Both the position numbers and the translations under genes were made by a program. From Naegleria gruberi (taxonomy: Eukaryota), in assembly GCA_000004985.1 (NCBI GenBank), contig GG738889.1: 64,000 bases of DNA; one strand, given 5' to 3'. This document shows positions 1 through 11,512 of this stretch, piece by piece; position 1 is the stretch's first letter; every line of letters starts with the position of its first letter. Below the pieces are notes generated by a model that worked only from the letters and a program-made list of their open reading frames with translations, ran no database searches and had not been told where the DNA came from.

Positions 1-2
1 AT

Positions 3-1637
3 TTAATAATTAGTGGAAACACCCAATTTTGTGTTTAAAGCAGCAATGGCAGATTTGACTGCACCAACAGACCATGTACGTTCCAAATGGAATGCTTCAC
101 CAACAAACACAATCTTTTCACCAGTAATCGGATTCAAAGCCCATTGTTGCTTTTGGTCAATTGAGAGAGTAGCACTAGGTTGTTCGAAATACCAAGCATC
201 ATTCCACAATCTGTAGACCAATTCAACTGGAGTAGGAATAGTTGTGTTTGGATAAAGTTCCTTCAAATAATTCATAACAGTTGTTTGAACAAGTGCTGAT
301 CCTCCCATTTCGTATAAATCATTCCATTCCTTAGCACAGTGACCATCAGCATAGGCAGCTCTGAAAGCATTGGTTTCCTTTCCTTGTGGAGAGAGTGGAA
401 TTTCAAGATATTGTAAACAATTTGAATCAGTCCAGATTCTTCTTGCTGGGCTAACTTGTTCCCACCATCTTGAGGCGAATCTCAACAAGATTGTCACAAC
501 TGGAACAGCTTTGGATTGTTTCAAGGCAGGAGAAGCGTTCAAAGCACTACCGAATTGACCAGTTACTTGTTTGAAAGCTTGTGGAGGAATGTTAATAATG
601 ACATTCTTGGCATGAATGAATCTTAATGAAGTTCCAATCAAATATTTCTTGACACTTGAAGTTGAGAATGGAGAAAGATCAATTGACTTGACACTTTCAG
701 ACATGAAGAAAGTAACTCTACCAGTTTGTTGAGCAGCAAGGGTCATCTTTCTAACAAATTCACCCATTCCACCAATTGGATAAAAGTTCAATGGGTCAAC
801 TGAGTCAGCCAAAGCAAATTCAGCATAGGTCTTTCTATCAACTGCTTGGAAATCACCTCTAAATCTAAATGTTGACATGAAATAAGACATTTCCTCAGCA
901 CTTCCCAATCCAGATTGAGTATATGAGAAGGTATCTTGAAGTGGTGAATTTTGGAAAGCAGCGCTTCCAGTATCAAGTAAAACATCCCATCCACTAACAG
1001 CACCACTTGCTAAAGGATAACCTTGAGCTCTGAGAATTTCCTTATCATCAGTTCTGACACCTCTGGAAACCATCAAGACATTACTTGGAATTCCCAAAGC
1101 TTGTGCTTCATATTTATCAACATAGTAACCACTGGTAAAGTTAATATTCAATTCAGCAGCAAGATTCTTCATGACAGTGTGTTGATTATTGACTCTGACA
1201 CCACCAAGGTCATACTTCTTCGAGTTGCCCAATGTGAAAGTTTCCAATCTTCCACCAAGTCTGCTAGTAGCTTCAACAACACAAATATTTTGTTTACCAG
1301 CTTTGGCAAGTTGATAAGCAGTGAACACACCAGCAATACCACCACCCAAAATGGCATAATCACATTGTGTTAAAGTTGCTGATTCGGCAGTTGCAGCAGA
1401 ATCTGTGGATGGAATTTCTGATTCTCTGAGTGAGAATAAAAGTGGAATTTGAGAGGAGAAACCAAGAGTAGTGATGGCTACTGTGGCAAGAATCAAAGAT
1501 GCCAATACCAAACCAAGTATAATGGCTGCTGTAGGCAATACTTTAGTTGTCTTGGTTGACTGTCCATACTCTAATAGATTTGTTAGTGGATCCAAAAGAT
1601 AACATTCAATACGTACCTTTAGATATTGGTTGTTCAA
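3..1637 (-). CDS. Flavin-containing amine oxidase (MAO/L-amino-acid oxidase family) with N-terminal membrane anchor
   Basis: The 544-aa ORF has the Rossmann FAD motif AILGGGIAGVFTAYQLAKAG followed by VVEATSRLGGRL, typical of amine oxidases/LAAO. A hydrophobic N-terminal segment (AAIILGLVLASLILATVAITTLGF) suggests a signal anchor. The stop TAA (plus-strand reverse complement at 3-5) lies inside the window, so the CDS is complete. Confidence 0.75.
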   Translation of the reverse strand: MNNQYLKVRIECYLLDPLTNLLEYGQSTKTTKVLPTAAIILGLVLASLILATVAITTLGFSSQIPLLFSLRESEIPSTDSAATAESATLTQCDYAILGGGIAGVFTAYQLAKAGKQNICVVEATSRLGGRLETFTLGNSKKYDLGGVRVNNQHTVMKNLAAELNINFTSGYYVDKYEAQALGIPSNVLMVSRGVRTDDKEILRAQGYPLASGAVSGWDVLLDTGSAAFQNSPLQDTFSYTQSGLGSAEEMSYFMSTFRFRGDFQAVDRKTYAEFALADSVDPLNFYPIGGMGEFVRKMTLAAQQTGRVTFFMSESVKSIDLSPFSTSSVKKYLIGTSLRFIHAKNVIINIPPQAFKQVTGQFGSALNASPALKQSKAVPVVTILLRFASRWWEQVSPARRIWTDSNCLQYLEIPLSPQGKETNAFRAAYADGHCAKEWNDLYEMGGSALVQTTVMNYLKELYPNTTIPTPVELVYRLWNDAWYFEQPSATLSIDQKQQWALNPITGEKIVFVGEAFHLERTWSVGAVKSAIAALNTKLGVSTNY

Positions 1638-2732
1638 TATCCAGAGTGTTTTCTGGTTTGGAAGTCAAAATGTCCATTATGGCTTGTGTGAAATTTTTTT
1701 AATAAATGATAATATTAGATTTTAGGATGTCAGAATATTAATTGCCTGTTCGCCATGAACCCTTTGTTTGTTGAATGCTATAAATTACCAACAGCTTATT
1801 ATTTTGTGAATTAAATGCCAAAATAGAAAGAGGCTATTTCAATAAGTTACCTTCTATATTTTCATAGTTTACAAAGAATTGGTCTGTAAGATCTGACATT
1901 GAGTCTCATGAAGGAAGATTTCACAAACTGCTGCCGTACGTGTTACTTGAATGCGCTGTAGATGGAATTGTGAACTGATTTGAACTTGGTATTACCTATC
2001 CAATTTCTTTACAGTAAATTTTGCACAAACCTCCTTAACATTTTAAGCTCTCATCTCATTGAGGAAACTCATTGGATATGTTGGAGCAATATCATAAATT
2101 GGACGAACACATATGGGTCTTGGGTATTTGTTGACCTCTCTTATTGAAATACAATTGGTATCATTTAATAAGCTTATTAAGAACTTTGACTACATCAGAA
2201 AAAGGTCGTATGCTTTCATATTGTTTCACAACAGTTGAATTAACTTGATCTCAACATCTACAATATCAGGTCATTTAGTGATCCTATCAGGATCTAAATT
2301 TCCATTTTACCAACATGGTGATATTTTGAAACTAGTTGACCTAATAGAAAGTCCTACTCCATTGTAATGAGTACAAATTGGTCCAAATTGATTGTCTGAA
2401 ACACTTAATTTTTCAAATTCAAAATGTCCATTAGGGATTCTAATAGCACTTGTTCGCAAATCTACGTCCTCTCAATTCTTTCATTAAGTGTCCTCGTCAT
2501 AATGCTCATTCAATCAATCTCCCATTCTTTCGAATCAAATGATAAAGTGAGGAGTAATTTTCTCAAATTGTCCGTCTTTTAATCTCCTTCATCATCTCTG
2601 TAATAATTTCAATCAAAAAAACAAAAATCCAAACACATCATCTGTGCTATACTCTATTGCACAGTAGAAAAAGCTAATAATAACAATACTACAATTATAT
2701 AATTGGATTAGTATTAAATAATTAGAAGAAAA

Positions 2733-4949
2733 ATGTTGAGTAAATTGAGAGTGCTCGGAGTTGGTGCTAACAAACTTTCAAGGAATTTTCTATCGAATAG
2801 AAGTGTTTCCTTGTCTTCATCATCCTATTTATCAGCCAGATATTCACGATTCAGTTGTGCAATTCAAGTAAATAATGCAAAAGTCAATTCTTCACCATCA
2901 TTTAAATTTCCGAATTTAAATTATCAACATAATGAACAGAGAAATTATTCATCATCATCTTTTGATAATAACAATACTAATCAATCATCATCTTCTGGTG
3001 AAAAATCTAAATTCTCCTTCTTTAAATTGGTCAAGAAATTAGCCAAATATCTATTCCTATCAATCAGTGCAGTTTTAACATTGTTGGCAATTTGTATTCC
3101 ACCTGGTTTATTGGTAGATTTTGATGAGGAATCGAGACGTGATAAATCAGCACTATTCTTTTTGATTTTGGATTCCTATAATGATACTTGGAGTATTTTG
3201 AAGAGATTTGTCACTTCATGTATTTCAATTACACAAGTAGCTCAAGCTTATAGAGAAATGAATAAGAGATTTGAACAACAATTGAAGGATATTTCAACCA
3301 ACAAGTATACTGCTGAGGAGGAAGAGAAAATATTGATAGAATATATTAATGCAAGAAGAGAGACTAATTTGAAGGCAGCCAACTTGCTATTGGACTTGTG
3401 TTTGGTTAATGCTGGTGCCTATGTGAAAGCAGGTCAATATCTTGCCTCACTCAATTATGCCATTCCAAAGGAATTTACAGAAACACTTTCTGTTTTACAA
3501 GACAAGTGTCAACAACATGATTTTTCAGTGACTGAAAAGATTTTGAAGGAAGATTTTGATAAGGATTTCGAAGAAATATTTTCCTACTTTGAAAAAGAAC
3601 CAATTGCCAGCGCCAGTATTGCTCAAGTTCACAAGGCAGTATTGAGAGAATCTGGAAAGAAGGTTGCTGTCAAGGTACAACATCCAAACTTGGAGAAAAT
3701 GTTCAAATCTGATTTGAACACTATGAAATTCTTGATGTGGTCCACAAAGAAGTTTTTCGATTTCCCATTTTCATGGTGTTTACCTGAATTTGAAAAGTTT
3801 TTGATCAGTGAATTGGATTTTGTCAATGAAGCAGCCAATTGCACTCATTTCAAAACAATATTCAAGGATTATCCAAATGATCAAATTGATTCACCATATG
3901 TGCATTGGAATTTGACCAGTAAGAGAATTTTAACCATGGATTTTATTGAAGGAGTAAAATTGAACGACTTTGAAGGAATGAAAAAGTTGGGAATTGATGC
4001 TAAGGAAATAAGTCAATTGATTGTGGACAGTTATTCAATTCAGACATTTGTTCATGGATTTATTCACTCTGACATGCACAATGGTAACTTGCTTGTGAGA
4101 AGATCACCAAAAACAAACAGGGCACAAGTTGTCTACCTGGATCATGGATGTTACAAACACTTGGATGAAGAAACTAGAAAGGATTATTGTAATTTGTGGA
4201 AGGCAGCTATTTTCAGAGATCATGAAAATCTCAAACTCTACACTGAAAAGTTTGGAATTGATGGAAAGTACTATCCTCTCTTTGGTCTCTTCTTGACCTT
4301 CTCCAATTATATGGATAAGAGTTCAACAGCAATGGTCGATCAAAGAAAGAACATGTCAAAAGATGAAGTCAAGAAGATGTTCAACAATATTAGAGAAACC
4401 TTCTTCCCAGGCAGCAAACACAAAGCTCAAGATTTATTCAATATCATTGAAGAAATGTTCAAGAATATGAAATTAGATTTAATTCTTCTCATGAGAGCCA
4501 ATATTCAAATTAGATCCATCACCAAAGAATTGGGTAAACCAATCAATAGATTTGCAACAATGGTTGAATACTGTCTCAGAGGTTTGCACTATGAAAGAGA
4601 AAATTATGGAATGTTATGCAAACCACACAGAGAATCCGATTCCAAGACAGTTCTTGTCACTAAGGTTACACCAACTCCATTCTTCCACACTCTCACCTTT
4701 CAATTATTAAGATTCAAATGTGAATTACTAGCTCTGGAAGTTGTCTTTGTTTTGGCCAGAATGTCCATGAGAGTTTTGAACTTTTTCATGCCAGGTAACT
4801 TTGAATCTGAAGAAGCCATGTCTGATGAGAGAAGAGAAACTGAACATGTTAAGGCAAGAATTGAAGGAAGAAGAAAAATGGAACTTGAATCAAAGGAAGA
4901 CATGGAAGAATTATCTACTGAATCAACTACTCCTGCTCCTGCTCAATAA
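2733..4949 (+). CDS. ABC1/ADCK (UbiB-family) atypical protein kinase
   Basis: The 738-aa ORF starts at a real ATG. It carries the ABC1 signature PIASASIAQVHKAVL...GKKVAVKVQHP and the downstream HxDxHxGN-like catalytic block IHSDMHNGNLLV. There is one predicted TM segment (LFLSISAVLTLLAICIPPGLL) and an acidic C-terminal tail. Confidence 0.8.
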   Translation: MLSKLRVLGVGANKLSRNFLSNRSVSLSSSSYLSARYSRFSCAIQVNNAKVNSSPSFKFPNLNYQHNEQRNYSSSSFDNNNTNQSSSSGEKSKFSFFKLVKKLAKYLFLSISAVLTLLAICIPPGLLVDFDEESRRDKSALFFLILDSYNDTWSILKRFVTSCISITQVAQAYREMNKRFEQQLKDISTNKYTAEEEEKILIEYINARRETNLKAANLLLDLCLVNAGAYVKAGQYLASLNYAIPKEFTETLSVLQDKCQQHDFSVTEKILKEDFDKDFEEIFSYFEKEPIASASIAQVHKAVLRESGKKVAVKVQHPNLEKMFKSDLNTMKFLMWSTKKFFDFPFSWCLPEFEKFLISELDFVNEAANCTHFKTIFKDYPNDQIDSPYVHWNLTSKRILTMDFIEGVKLNDFEGMKKLGIDAKEISQLIVDSYSIQTFVHGFIHSDMHNGNLLVRRSPKTNRAQVVYLDHGCYKHLDEETRKDYCNLWKAAIFRDHENLKLYTEKFGIDGKYYPLFGLFLTFSNYMDKSSTAMVDQRKNMSKDEVKKMFNNIRETFFPGSKHKAQDLFNIIEEMFKNMKLDLILLMRANIQIRSITKELGKPINRFATMVEYCLRGLHYERENYGMLCKPHRESDSKTVLVTKVTPTPFFHTLTFQLLRFKCELLALEVVFVLARMSMRVLNFFMPGNFESEEAMSDERRETEHVKARIEGRRKMELESKEDMEELSTESTTPAPAQ

Positions 4950-5231
4950 TTTATAGATTTGGAAAATGGTGAATTGTAAATACAAATTGTAAATATTAAA
5001 TGTAAATGATTCAATATTAAATCAATAGTGTAACATTTATGTCTGTAATTAGCCATCAAATAATATTGTAATAGTGCAATAGATTGAATCATTCACTCCG
5101 TGCCAATCAATTAGACAAGGGCGTACGATTGTATGAGGGAAATAAATGGCGAAAAATTGGGATTACGGCTCAATTATGTTCTATTAATTGTTTTGGATAA
5201 TTTTAATACATAAACAATAAAAAACAAACAA

Positions 5232-5375
5232 AATGAACTCAAACGGTGGATGTGGATGCTCTAATGGTGCTACTTGCAATTGTGGAAGCAATTGTGCATG
5301 CAGCGGATGTGGTAAGGTTGAAGAAAAGCCACAAGAACAATCATGCTGTTCTGGCGGTTCATGCAGCAGAAAGTA
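5232..5375 (+). CDS. Metallothionein-like small Cys-rich protein (47 aa)
   Basis: The CDS runs ATG at 5232 to TAA at 5373-5375 and is absent from the ORF track because it is under 60 aa. It translates to MNSNGGCGCSNGATCNCGSNCACSGCGKVEEKPQEQSCCSGGSCSRK. This has 10 Cys in 47 aa arranged as CxC/CxxC clusters around a charged linker, with no aromatic residues. It sits in an otherwise empty 960-bp intergenic gap with an A-rich leader. Confidence 0.55.
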
Positions 5376-5908
5376 AATGTTGTAAATTTAGTGTATAAAA
5401 TAGAAAAACAACAATTATTGAGTGTTTTGAATAATAAATACAATAGTGTTTATTTAGAAAATTATTATTTATATTTTTATTTTAAATGATTGAAAATTAT
5501 CGTTCCGAACTTGCATCAAACATGTGTCTCTGAAACGAGTCAACGATGAGAAATCATGTTATTTGAATTAATCTTGAAACCAATTAATTTGATGATATAA
5601 AGATATATTGCTTCTCCCTACAATGTTTATTTCTAATCTTCTTCATCTGAACATCATTTATCAAGTGAGGAACAAGTGAAAAGCATTTACAAAAACCAAT
5701 TGCACACTTTACAAAATGTTGATGAACCACCCAGTTGCAAACCAGAAATGAAGGCTTCATGTTGAGAACTTGTCTTATCGCTTGCTGATCAACCAGAAGT
5801 TTGCTGCCAGCAGAAGCAGGAACTTGCCAGCACAATCATTTTAAAAATAAAACACTTTAAAAAAAATTCCTATAACTCTTTTCACCACCACATACAAACA
5901 CAGTCAAA

Positions 5909-8900
5909 ATGTCCAACTTTGATGTGAATTCAATCATTGAAAAGGCTGATTCCAAGGATAAGGATATTCGTCATATGGCCCTCTATGACTTGAGTAACGA
6001 ATTACAAAAGGAAAATTTAAAGTTGNNNNNNNNNNNNNNNNNNNNNNNNNNNNNNNNNNNNNNNNNNNNNNNNNNAATTATTATCATTATTGATCACTTG
6101 AAATATTTTTAACTCTCTCTTCCATCAATTATGTAATATNTGTTTTATCACATTCTATGTGATTAATACAACAAATCTCTACATTGATCATCAACATTGT
6201 GCGATTCACAATTTAATTGTGATTCCTCGTGATGATAACAACAACAACAATAATACTTTTTGATCTTATATAGTTTGCCTCACCTTGTTAACAAGATGAG
6301 CAAGGTTCAAATTGAAAACAGTATTTCATCACTTAGTAGCAATATTCTCAAGGGTGAAGATGAAAAGAGAGACATTGCTGCTATTGCTTTAAAGACTGTC
6401 ATTTCTGAAATTCCAATGGAAAATGCTCAAGCTCCTATCAAGAAATGTATTACACCACTCCTCCAAGGTCTTTCAAGTGATAATCCAGAAATCAAGTTGG
6501 TTGCTCTTGATGTTTTGTCTGATTTATTGGCTCGTTTCGGCGCTATGGTTGCTGATGAACATGAAAAGTTACAAAGTGCCTTCTCTGCCGAATTAAAATC
6601 AAGCAGAGTTTCCGTTCGTAAAAGAGCTATTGCTTGTCTTGCTGCCTTGTCAGTTCATACTAGTGATAAATTATTTGATGCCTTGTTGACAAGTGTTGTC
6701 AATGGTATTGATAATGTTATCAAGACAATGAAGAAGCAAAAGGATAATAGCAAAGTTGAAGAACTTTCTACTTATATTCAATCTTGTAGTGCTATTTCAA
6801 AGACTGCTGGTCACAGATTTGGTAAATATTTGGCTAGAATTATTCCATTGTTCATGGATGCTGCTGAAATTATTGCAGGATCTTTGGATGAAGATGATGA
6901 AGAAATGGTTGATACTAATACTGAAATTAATGATGAAGTTCGTGAATATATTACTCAAGCTTTCGAAGCCTTTGTTACAAGATGTCCAGATGAAGTTGCC
7001 AGATATGTTGATTACGTCATTATTATTTGTAAGGAATACCTCGAATATGATCCAAACTATTCATATGATGATAGTGAAGATGAAGCTGAAGAAGCTGATG
7101 TAATGCAAGATGATGATGATGAAGATGGTTTGGGAGATGATCTTGATGAAGGTGGTTTATCTGAAGATGATGATGTTACATGGAAAGTTCGTAGATCTGC
7201 TGCTAAATGTTTAGGTTCATTGATTAGATCTAGACCAGAATTATTGGCATCTTTCTATACTGAATTGTGTTCTGAAGAAGATATTTCATTGATTCGTCGT
7301 TTCAAGGAAAGAGAAGAACCAGTTAAACTTGATATTTTCAATGTTTTCATTGATTTGTTGCATCAATCATACTCTACAAAGACTTCTCCAAGTGGTGAAG
7401 TTTCATACAAGCAACATGATGAAGTTAAATTTGTTGAACAAACAAAGGATGCTATCATGAAACGTATTAAGAAGCAATTGAAAGAAAAGTCAGAAAAGAC
7501 TAAAGTTGGTGTTTTCCAAATTTTAAAGTCTTTGGTTGTCACTATGCAAGGTGGTTTGTCTAAATATATTAAGGATTTAGTTCCTTCTGTTTGTTCCGCT
7601 TTAGCTGAAAAGGGAGAACAATCTTCATTGAAATTAGAAACTTTATCATTCTTGAAGACTTTCATTCAATTCCACAAGCCAGAAGAATTTAAACCACATT
7701 TGGAAACTTTAATGAAGGCTGTTTTCAATTGTGTTAATGATAAGTATTACAAGATTATCACTCAAGCTTTAAGAGTTTGCGGTGAATTGGTTTTGGTTGT
7801 CAAGACTTGTTCAAGTGATTCTAATTATGGTTCTCTTGTTACTCAATTACAAAATAACGTTTATGAAAAGTTGAAGATTCAAGATATTGATCAAGGTGTT
7901 AAAGAAAGTGCTATTACTACAACTGGTTTAATTGTTTCTCACTTGGCTGACAAGTTACCAAACTTGAAGGATACTTTAAATATTTTAAAGGAAAGATTAC
8001 AAAACGAAATTACTCGTCTCACCACTGTTAGAACTTTCACTGTTATTGCTCAACATAAGGTTGATATTTCATCTGTTTTGGTTGAAACTGTCAAGTTATT
8101 CTCTGATTTCTTGAGAAAGGATAACCGTGCTCTTAGACAAGCTGCTTTGGCTGGTTTGAGTCAATTCTCTGTTTCATACAGTGCTAAGATTGATTCTGGT
8201 TTGTTCAGTACTGTTATTGAAGAAGCTGCTGAAGTTATGAATGAAAAGAAGTCTGACTTGCATTTGGCTCATTTGGCTTTCAAGTTAGTTAAACAAATTG
8301 TTGATGCTAATCCATCAACTTTATCTTTGATTCAAAAGTTCGTTTTGCCAAAGATTTTGGAATTGTTGGCAAGTCCAACTTTGCAAGGTAACTGTTTAGA
8401 ATCTCTCTTGGTTGTTTTGGCTATGTTGGTTTCATCAGTTGGTTTTGATAACATTTTGAAACAAGTTTTGGCTATTCCAAAGGAATCTAAGCAAGTTTTC
8501 ACTAATATTGGTAAGGCTGTTGCTGCCATCTGTTCTGCTGGTTCTCAATCAAATAAGACTTCAACTATTGAAAAGTTTGCTAAGGATTTAAAGTCAAAGG
8601 ATGATTCTGCTAGAATGTTGGCCTTGTTCACTTTGGGTGAAATTGGTCGTACTATTGATTTATCTTCATCTGGTACTGTTAGTCAAGATATTGAAGCTTG
8701 TTTCGAAGAAGAAGGTTCTGAAGAATTGAAGAATGCTGCTTCATATGCTCTTGGTAATATTTCTGTTGGTAATTTGGCCAAGTTCTTACCACAAATCATT
8801 AAGGGTATTAGAGAAAGTCCAAAGAAGAAGTACTTGTTGATCCACTCTTTGAAGGAAGTTATTACTCAAGCTGATGCTAACAAGCTTAAGGAATTCATTC

Positions 8901-9793
8901 CTGAAATTACTCCATTGTTGTTCGATAACTCTCAAGAAGAAGAAGAAGGTGTTAGAAATGTTGTTTCTGAATGTTTGGGTAAGCTTGCTGTCAATGACTA
9001 CAATAATGTTGTTTCTCAACTCAAGGAAAAGTTGAATCAATCAGATGCCACCAAGTCAACTGTTATTGGTGCTATTAAGTATGCTATTACTGATGAAGCT
9101 TCACCAATTGATGACATGTTGAGAGCTGATCTCCCAATCTTCTTACAACAATTGAACAAGCAACAACCAGTTAGTGTTAGACGTGCTGTTGTTCTCTTGT
9201 TGAATAGTGCTGCTCACAATAAGCCAGAAATTTTGAATGATAGTTTAGAAAAGGTCTTACCATCTCTCTATGCTGAATGTGTCTTTGATGCCAATCTTGT
9301 TCGTATTATTCACTTGGGTCCATTCACTCACAAGATTGATGACGGTTTGGATTTGAGAAAGTCTGCTTTCGAATGTATGGATACTGTTTTGGATAACTAT
9401 AGATCAAGAATTGATCCAAACAAATTCATTGCTCAATTACCAGCTGGTTTGGATGATGAAAATGATGATATCAAGATGTTGACTCACTTGATTGTTCAAA
9501 AGTGTTGCGTCCAATTCCCAAGATCATTGTTGACTTCTGCTGATCAACTTGTTGTTCCATTCACTAATACTTTGAAGAAGAAGCTTAAGGAAAATGCTTT
9601 GCAACAAGAAAAGGAAAGATTCGACGAATTGTTGAAGAGTACATTGAAGGCTGTCCACGCTGTCAGATCTATTCCAGGTATTGAAGATTCTGCTCAATTC
9701 ACTGATATGTACAACAAGCAAATCGTTGCTAATGCCAAGTTGAAGCAAACCTATGATGAAATTGCTGAAACTCATGAAGATTTCGAATTTTAA
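5909..9793 (+). CDS. CAND1: CAND1 (cullin-associated NEDD8-dissociated protein 1 / TIP120) homolog; HEAT-repeat protein, interrupted by scaffold gap
   Basis: Exon 1 (5909..~6025, MSNFDVNSIIEKADSKDKDIRHMALYDLSNELQKENLKL) matches the CAND1 N-terminus (…[29 protein letters not shown]). It runs into a 50-N gap. The 1177-aa ORF 6260..9793 continues with HEAT repeats (IAAIALKTVISEIP…) and a TIP120-type C-terminal region. A gap and/or intron lies between 6026 and ~6295. Confidence 0.8.
6026..6075. other. Assembly gap (50 N) inside CAND1 5' region
   Basis: Run of exactly 50 N, plus a single n at 6140. A 50-N run is a conventional unknown-size scaffold gap. Confidence 0.9.
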
Positions 9794-10063
9794 ATGTATC
9801 ATAAATTATTAAAAAAACATTCTCTTTTGTAAATTTATTGAGTTGCTAATATTAATATTTTGAAACATGGCAAATTTTAATTAAATAGAGATTACCATTC
9901 AACAACAAGGAACGTGTACCCCTGCGTCTTCAACTCATCTTCAATTTTTTTACGCTGGTAATAAAAGTCATAATAGCTAAGGGTTAAAGTCAATTGTTTG
10001 AATGAACCTTGTTTACAAAATACTAAGTATGAACTTGTATAAAACAAAAACATCTCAAAAAAA

Positions 10064-11390
10064 ATGTCTCAACTAAAGGATCTTCCAACCGAACTTGTTG
10101 GTACCATTTTGTCCTATTCAACTCTTCAAGATAGTTTTCTATGGAATACAGTCAGTAAACAATGGAATCAATTGCTACGTGAATATGTCTTTTCTCGTGT
10201 CTTTACCTATTGTGAATTGCATGCTAATAATGATTTTTCCTATTCCTCTAAAGAAATCAAGGAAATTACAAACCAGGATGATGCTGGTGATGATGATGAT
10301 GATGAATATGGTGGATATCAATCCTATCAATTGGAAAATATCTTGATGAGAAGAGGACATTCAGCAGTCAGTCTCGATGATGAATCTAAAATTTTGGTAT
10401 TTGGTGGATTTTGTGGAGATAGACATTGTAATGAATTGTTTGTTGTAGATATTGATAAAAAGACAGTTGAAAGAAAGGTTGAGAATAGAACTAGTGATAA
10501 AGATGTTTTAGATGAGAGTATCATGATGGGTAGATCTTTCCATCCAATGGTTTTAATTTCTGAAAACAAGTTTCTTGTAACTGGTGGATATTGTAATTAT
10601 ACTTTGGACAATTGTCCAAATTTGAGAGATACTTGGATTATTGAATTTAGTGAAAATGATTTCAAATTTACCAAACTTAATCAATCGGGAGATGTTCCAC
10701 CTCCAATGGAAAGTCACTCATTGGTTTATTACAATGGTTATTGCATCTCTTATGGTGGAAGTAGCTTTTTTGAAGATGATGATTTGGGAATGAAACATAA
10801 GGATGTCTATGCATTGAATGTTGAGAGTGGATCGTGGACGAAACTGAGAATTAAACAACAGGAAAGAGGACCTCCTGCCCTTACTGGCCATTCATGTCAT
10901 CTCATTGAGGGAACAAACAAGATGATTCTCTATGGTGGTTACGATCAGGAAAATTCCACTCACAATTCATTGTGGATGCTTCACATTGTTCTCCCAGATG
11001 AAACCAAATTCTTCAATGAGTTTAGTTACTGGGAAGAGATTATTCCACAAACCAATTCCTATGTTCCTGAACCAACATTGTATCATCGTTCTCTATTATT
11101 GCAGAATAGATTATTGGTTGTTTATGGAGGTGCATTGGATTGAGAGTTCCATTCACACTGATCAATTCTCTGTCTTTGATTTGGAAACTAGAAAGTGGAC
11201 TAATCTATTGAATGATGAATGTCTTTTGAAGAAAGATCCAGAAGAGGCTCCAATCAGAGTTTATGGACATACATTGACCTATTTACCAAAGAGTGGAAGA
11301 TTTGTGGTTTTGGGTGGATCCAGTTCTGATTCTGATTATTACAAAGGATTCTCTATGAGTGTTGGAATCTTCTCTCCATTTGTAAATTAG
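10064..11390 (+). CDS. F-box/Kelch-repeat protein (apparent +1 frameshift near 11145)
   Basis: An N-terminal F-box (LPTELVGTILSYSTLQDSFLWNTVSKQWNQLL) is followed by Kelch/galactose-oxidase repeats (LVFGGF, LVTGGY, ILYGGYD, LVVYGG, VVLGGS). ORF 10064..11143 ends VYGGALD* and the Kelch repeat continues in the +1 frame (…IHTDQFSVFDLETRKWT…, ORF 10932..11390). No GT..AG intron of length 1 mod 3 fits. A single-base indel in GGATTGAGAG is the simplest explanation. Confidence 0.65.
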
Positions 11391-11512
11391 TAAAATTAGT
11401 GTAAATGTATTGAACATGAAATAATTCCAACCAGTTCCCTTATTACTGGCAGTGAAAGAAGCAAGACGAGTAAAAGAATAAGAATATGTAATAGATAAAA
11501 TTTCATGTTATT

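Noticed and set aside
1023-1373. 116-aa plus-strand ORF and a 64-aa minus-strand ORF (1169..1363) inside the amine oxidase gene
   Set aside because: They overlap the well-supported amine oxidase CDS. They are Ser/Thr-rich low-complexity translations typical of antisense or out-of-frame reading of an AT-rich coding region, and have no motifs.
6756-7103. 115-aa ORF rich in Leu/Lys/Met overlapping CAND1 in another frame (similar ones at 7363..7665, 8332..8529, 8786..9040 and 9524..9802 on the minus strand)
   Set aside because: They are embedded within the conserved CAND1 HEAT-repeat CDS. The composition is typical of off-frame translation of GAA/GAT/AAG-rich codons.
11125-11190. Candidate introns to fix the Kelch-gene frame change
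   Set aside because: All GT..AG intervals in the region have lengths of 0 or 2 mod 3, or donors like GTGCAT with no support. A 1-nt indel explains the data better.
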